Positions 54,101 to 57,100 of a stretch of DNA of 64,000 nt are shown one piece after another. The stretch is from contig JAUCBJ010001356.1 of the NCBI GenBank assembly GCA_032718475.1, positions 1-64,000 on the forward strand, in the 5' to 3' direction. Source of the DNA: Nemertoderma westbladi (taxonomy: Eukaryota > Animalia > Xenacoelomorpha). A program made the translations under genes and the position numbers. How positions within the stretch are numbered: the stretch's first letter is position 1; each line of letters starts with the position of its first letter. The notes beneath the pieces were generated by a model. That model was not told the DNA's origin, made no database searches, and was given only the letters and a program-made list of their open reading frames with translations.

Positions 54101-57100
54101 CTTAGCCTCCAATGCCAACGCCTTCGCCTTGTCTGTAAACGGTCGACCCCCTATGAAACCCCCAGTCAGCCCTGTAGACAACCCCAGACACACAGTAGCA
54201 GTGTTCTTATTGAGCAGATCGACTTTATTGAGGACGAGTAGACACGGTTTATCCGGGAATCCGAACAATTGGTACAGAACTTCGGGGTCTATCATCCTCC
54301 GTGTGTAGCGGTCCGCGGCGTCCACAACCACCACGACAACGTCCGCCGACTCCACGGCCTCTCGGGGCGCTGTGTGCATCTCCCGCGGCCATCTGAACCT
54401 ACGGCAGTACTCCCAGTCCACGAACCCTGGGGTGTCTACCATCACTATCTGCGTATTGCCCTGCGTTACCACGGCTGAGGCGTTGCCTCGCGTCGTGTTT
54501 ACCTTGCGGGATGTCGCCATCAGTCGACGGCGCATCAACGCGTTGACCAACGAGGATTTCCCGGCGTTCGGTTTACCGATAACCGCGACTCTCAGGAATC
54601 GACGGGTCCCGGGATGGACGCCCGACGGGGTGTGTGGGACCGCGATCAGTTGCATGGTGGCCGCGGCCAGCGTGGGCGGGACAGGGTGGGATTCCCGTGG
54701 GTGTTTACTTGGGTAGACGAGGTCTCCCACGCTACGACGGTCCGATAAGTCGGACCAAGTCGGAAGAATTTCATTGGGATTCGTCAACGAGGACGAACAA
54801 TACTTGCGGTAATGGGTTGGCGGGTTCAGTCTAGAAACGCAGAGATTTCGAAACAAAAACAGACGATTCATTTTCTATATTTCTTAAGCCTGTGGTCGTC
54901 AGTTAAATGATTAATAGTCATATGAAGGTATGCTTATGCTATGCCATAGGATAGGGGTAGGCCTATTCGAATTGACCACTTAGGCCTGCTACAACATTTC
55001 GAATGAGGCTAGTCATAGGGCCTAATCGTACAAAAATAGTGGATATGCCTATCACCTATCCTGTCTATATCCAGATATCTGTATATACTGTTATATGAAA
55101 CACACACGTTTGTGTTGACGGGACGGTGAGTTAGGCTGTGTTACTTCATGTACTTCATGCACAGCTGCACAGCAGAGCCGCAGCGCACAGCGGTACCGGT
55201 ACCGGTACCTACAAAAAATCAAAATGGGGAAGAAGCTAACTAGTATCATATTTTGAATATCCCGCCATGGTTGGCTGAATGAAAGCCCGGCCCATTCATA
55301 AACAAGAGAGTTCATGGAGTACACACTAAAACAGTGTAGTTAAGAATAGCTCCTGCGGGAAATTTGAATTCCAAGATATGTATCAGTGTACAATTGCATT
55401 GTTTGTTGCAAGGAAACTGAAAATATAAGCACAACAGTACCGCAGGTTACAGAATGCGCAGGTTTCAGTTTAGTTGAGGCCCAAAACCCTAATTGAAACT
55501 GTCTTCAAACCCTAAGTCATCAGGATCCGATATAAGAAACTGTGAAGAATTTCGGACATGTAACAAACTTTACTTTACTTAAAAAAAGTATTCGCTTTAC
55601 TTTACTTAACTATTTTTACTTTACTTTACTTTTATTACTTTACGTTTTCACTTTGTTTGCGTGGATCACGCACCAAATAGCGCGGTGGTGTGTGGTTTGG
55701 AGATGCTGTGGGTGTCTGCCTTCACTCTATAAGATACAATAACACAGCCACACTCATTATAAATTTTCTGCCAATTGCCTTTTATAGAAAATGTTAATAT
55801 GAACATGTTCTGCTGGTGGTTGGTACTGTTCCAATTTAATTTGTTTCGAATTACAAGTGTTGTTGTTTTTTGTGTAAATATTGTGGTAATAAAAGATACA
55901 AAATTGGCTTTACTTTACCTTTACTATTTTTACGTAACTATCTTTACTTTATACATTTTTACTTTACTTTACCATAATTTAGATGAACCGAAATTTATGA
56001 GGTGTTACGTATAGCTTGAAAGTAGAATGTTGATTTTTGTATAGAAAGTTAGATTAGATGCACGAAAAATAAATTATTATTTAAGATGTTTTCGCACTCA
56101 CGTGGATTTTCACGGAGTCGAAGTATCCGTTATCTGCGTTGATGAGAGCGGTAGTTAGGTCCTCTGCTGCGTAATGGAAGAAAGCTTGCAGAGCTCCTCG
56201 TAGCTTATCTGCACAGTGCTTTACAATAGAACTGAAAGTAAATAAAACGGTATAGTGCTTTACAATAGAACTGAAAGTAAATAAAACGGTATAGTGCTTT
56301 ACAATAGAAATGAAAGTAAATAAAACGGTATAGTGCTTTACAATAGAACTGAAAGTAAATAAAACGGTATAGCGCTTTACAATAGAACTGAAAGTAAATA
56401 AAACGGTATAGTGCTTTACAATAGAACTGAAAATAAATAAAACGGTATAGTGCTTTACAATAGAACTGAAAGTAAATAAAACGGTATAGTGCTTTACAAT
56501 AGAACTGAAAGTAAATAAAACGGTATAGTGCTTTACAATAGAACTGAAAGTAAATAAAACGGTATAGTGCTTTACAATAGAACTGAAAGTAAATAAAACG
56601 GTATAGTGCTTTACAATAGAACTAAAAGTAAATAAAACGGTATAGTGCTTTACAATAGAACTGAAAGTAAATAAAACGGTATAGTGCTTTACAATAGAAC
56701 TGAAAGTAAATAAAACGGTATAGTGCTTTACAATAGAACTGAAAGTAAATAAAACGGTATAGTGCTTTACAATAGAACTGAAAGTAAATAAAACGGTATA
56801 GTGCTTTACAATAGAACTGAGAGTAAATAAAACGGTATAGTGCTTTACAATAGAACTGAAAGTAAATAAAACGGTATAGTGCTTTACAATAGAACTAAAA
56901 GTAAATAAAACGGTATAGTGCTTTACAATAGAACTGAAAGTAAATAAAACGGTATAGTGCTTTACAACAGAACTGAAAGTAAATTAATATCGATGCAGTG
57001 CTCTACAACAGAACTGAAAGTAAATTAATATCGATGCAGTGCTTTACAACAGAACTGAAAGTAAATTAATATCGATGCAGTGCTTTACAATAGAACTGAA

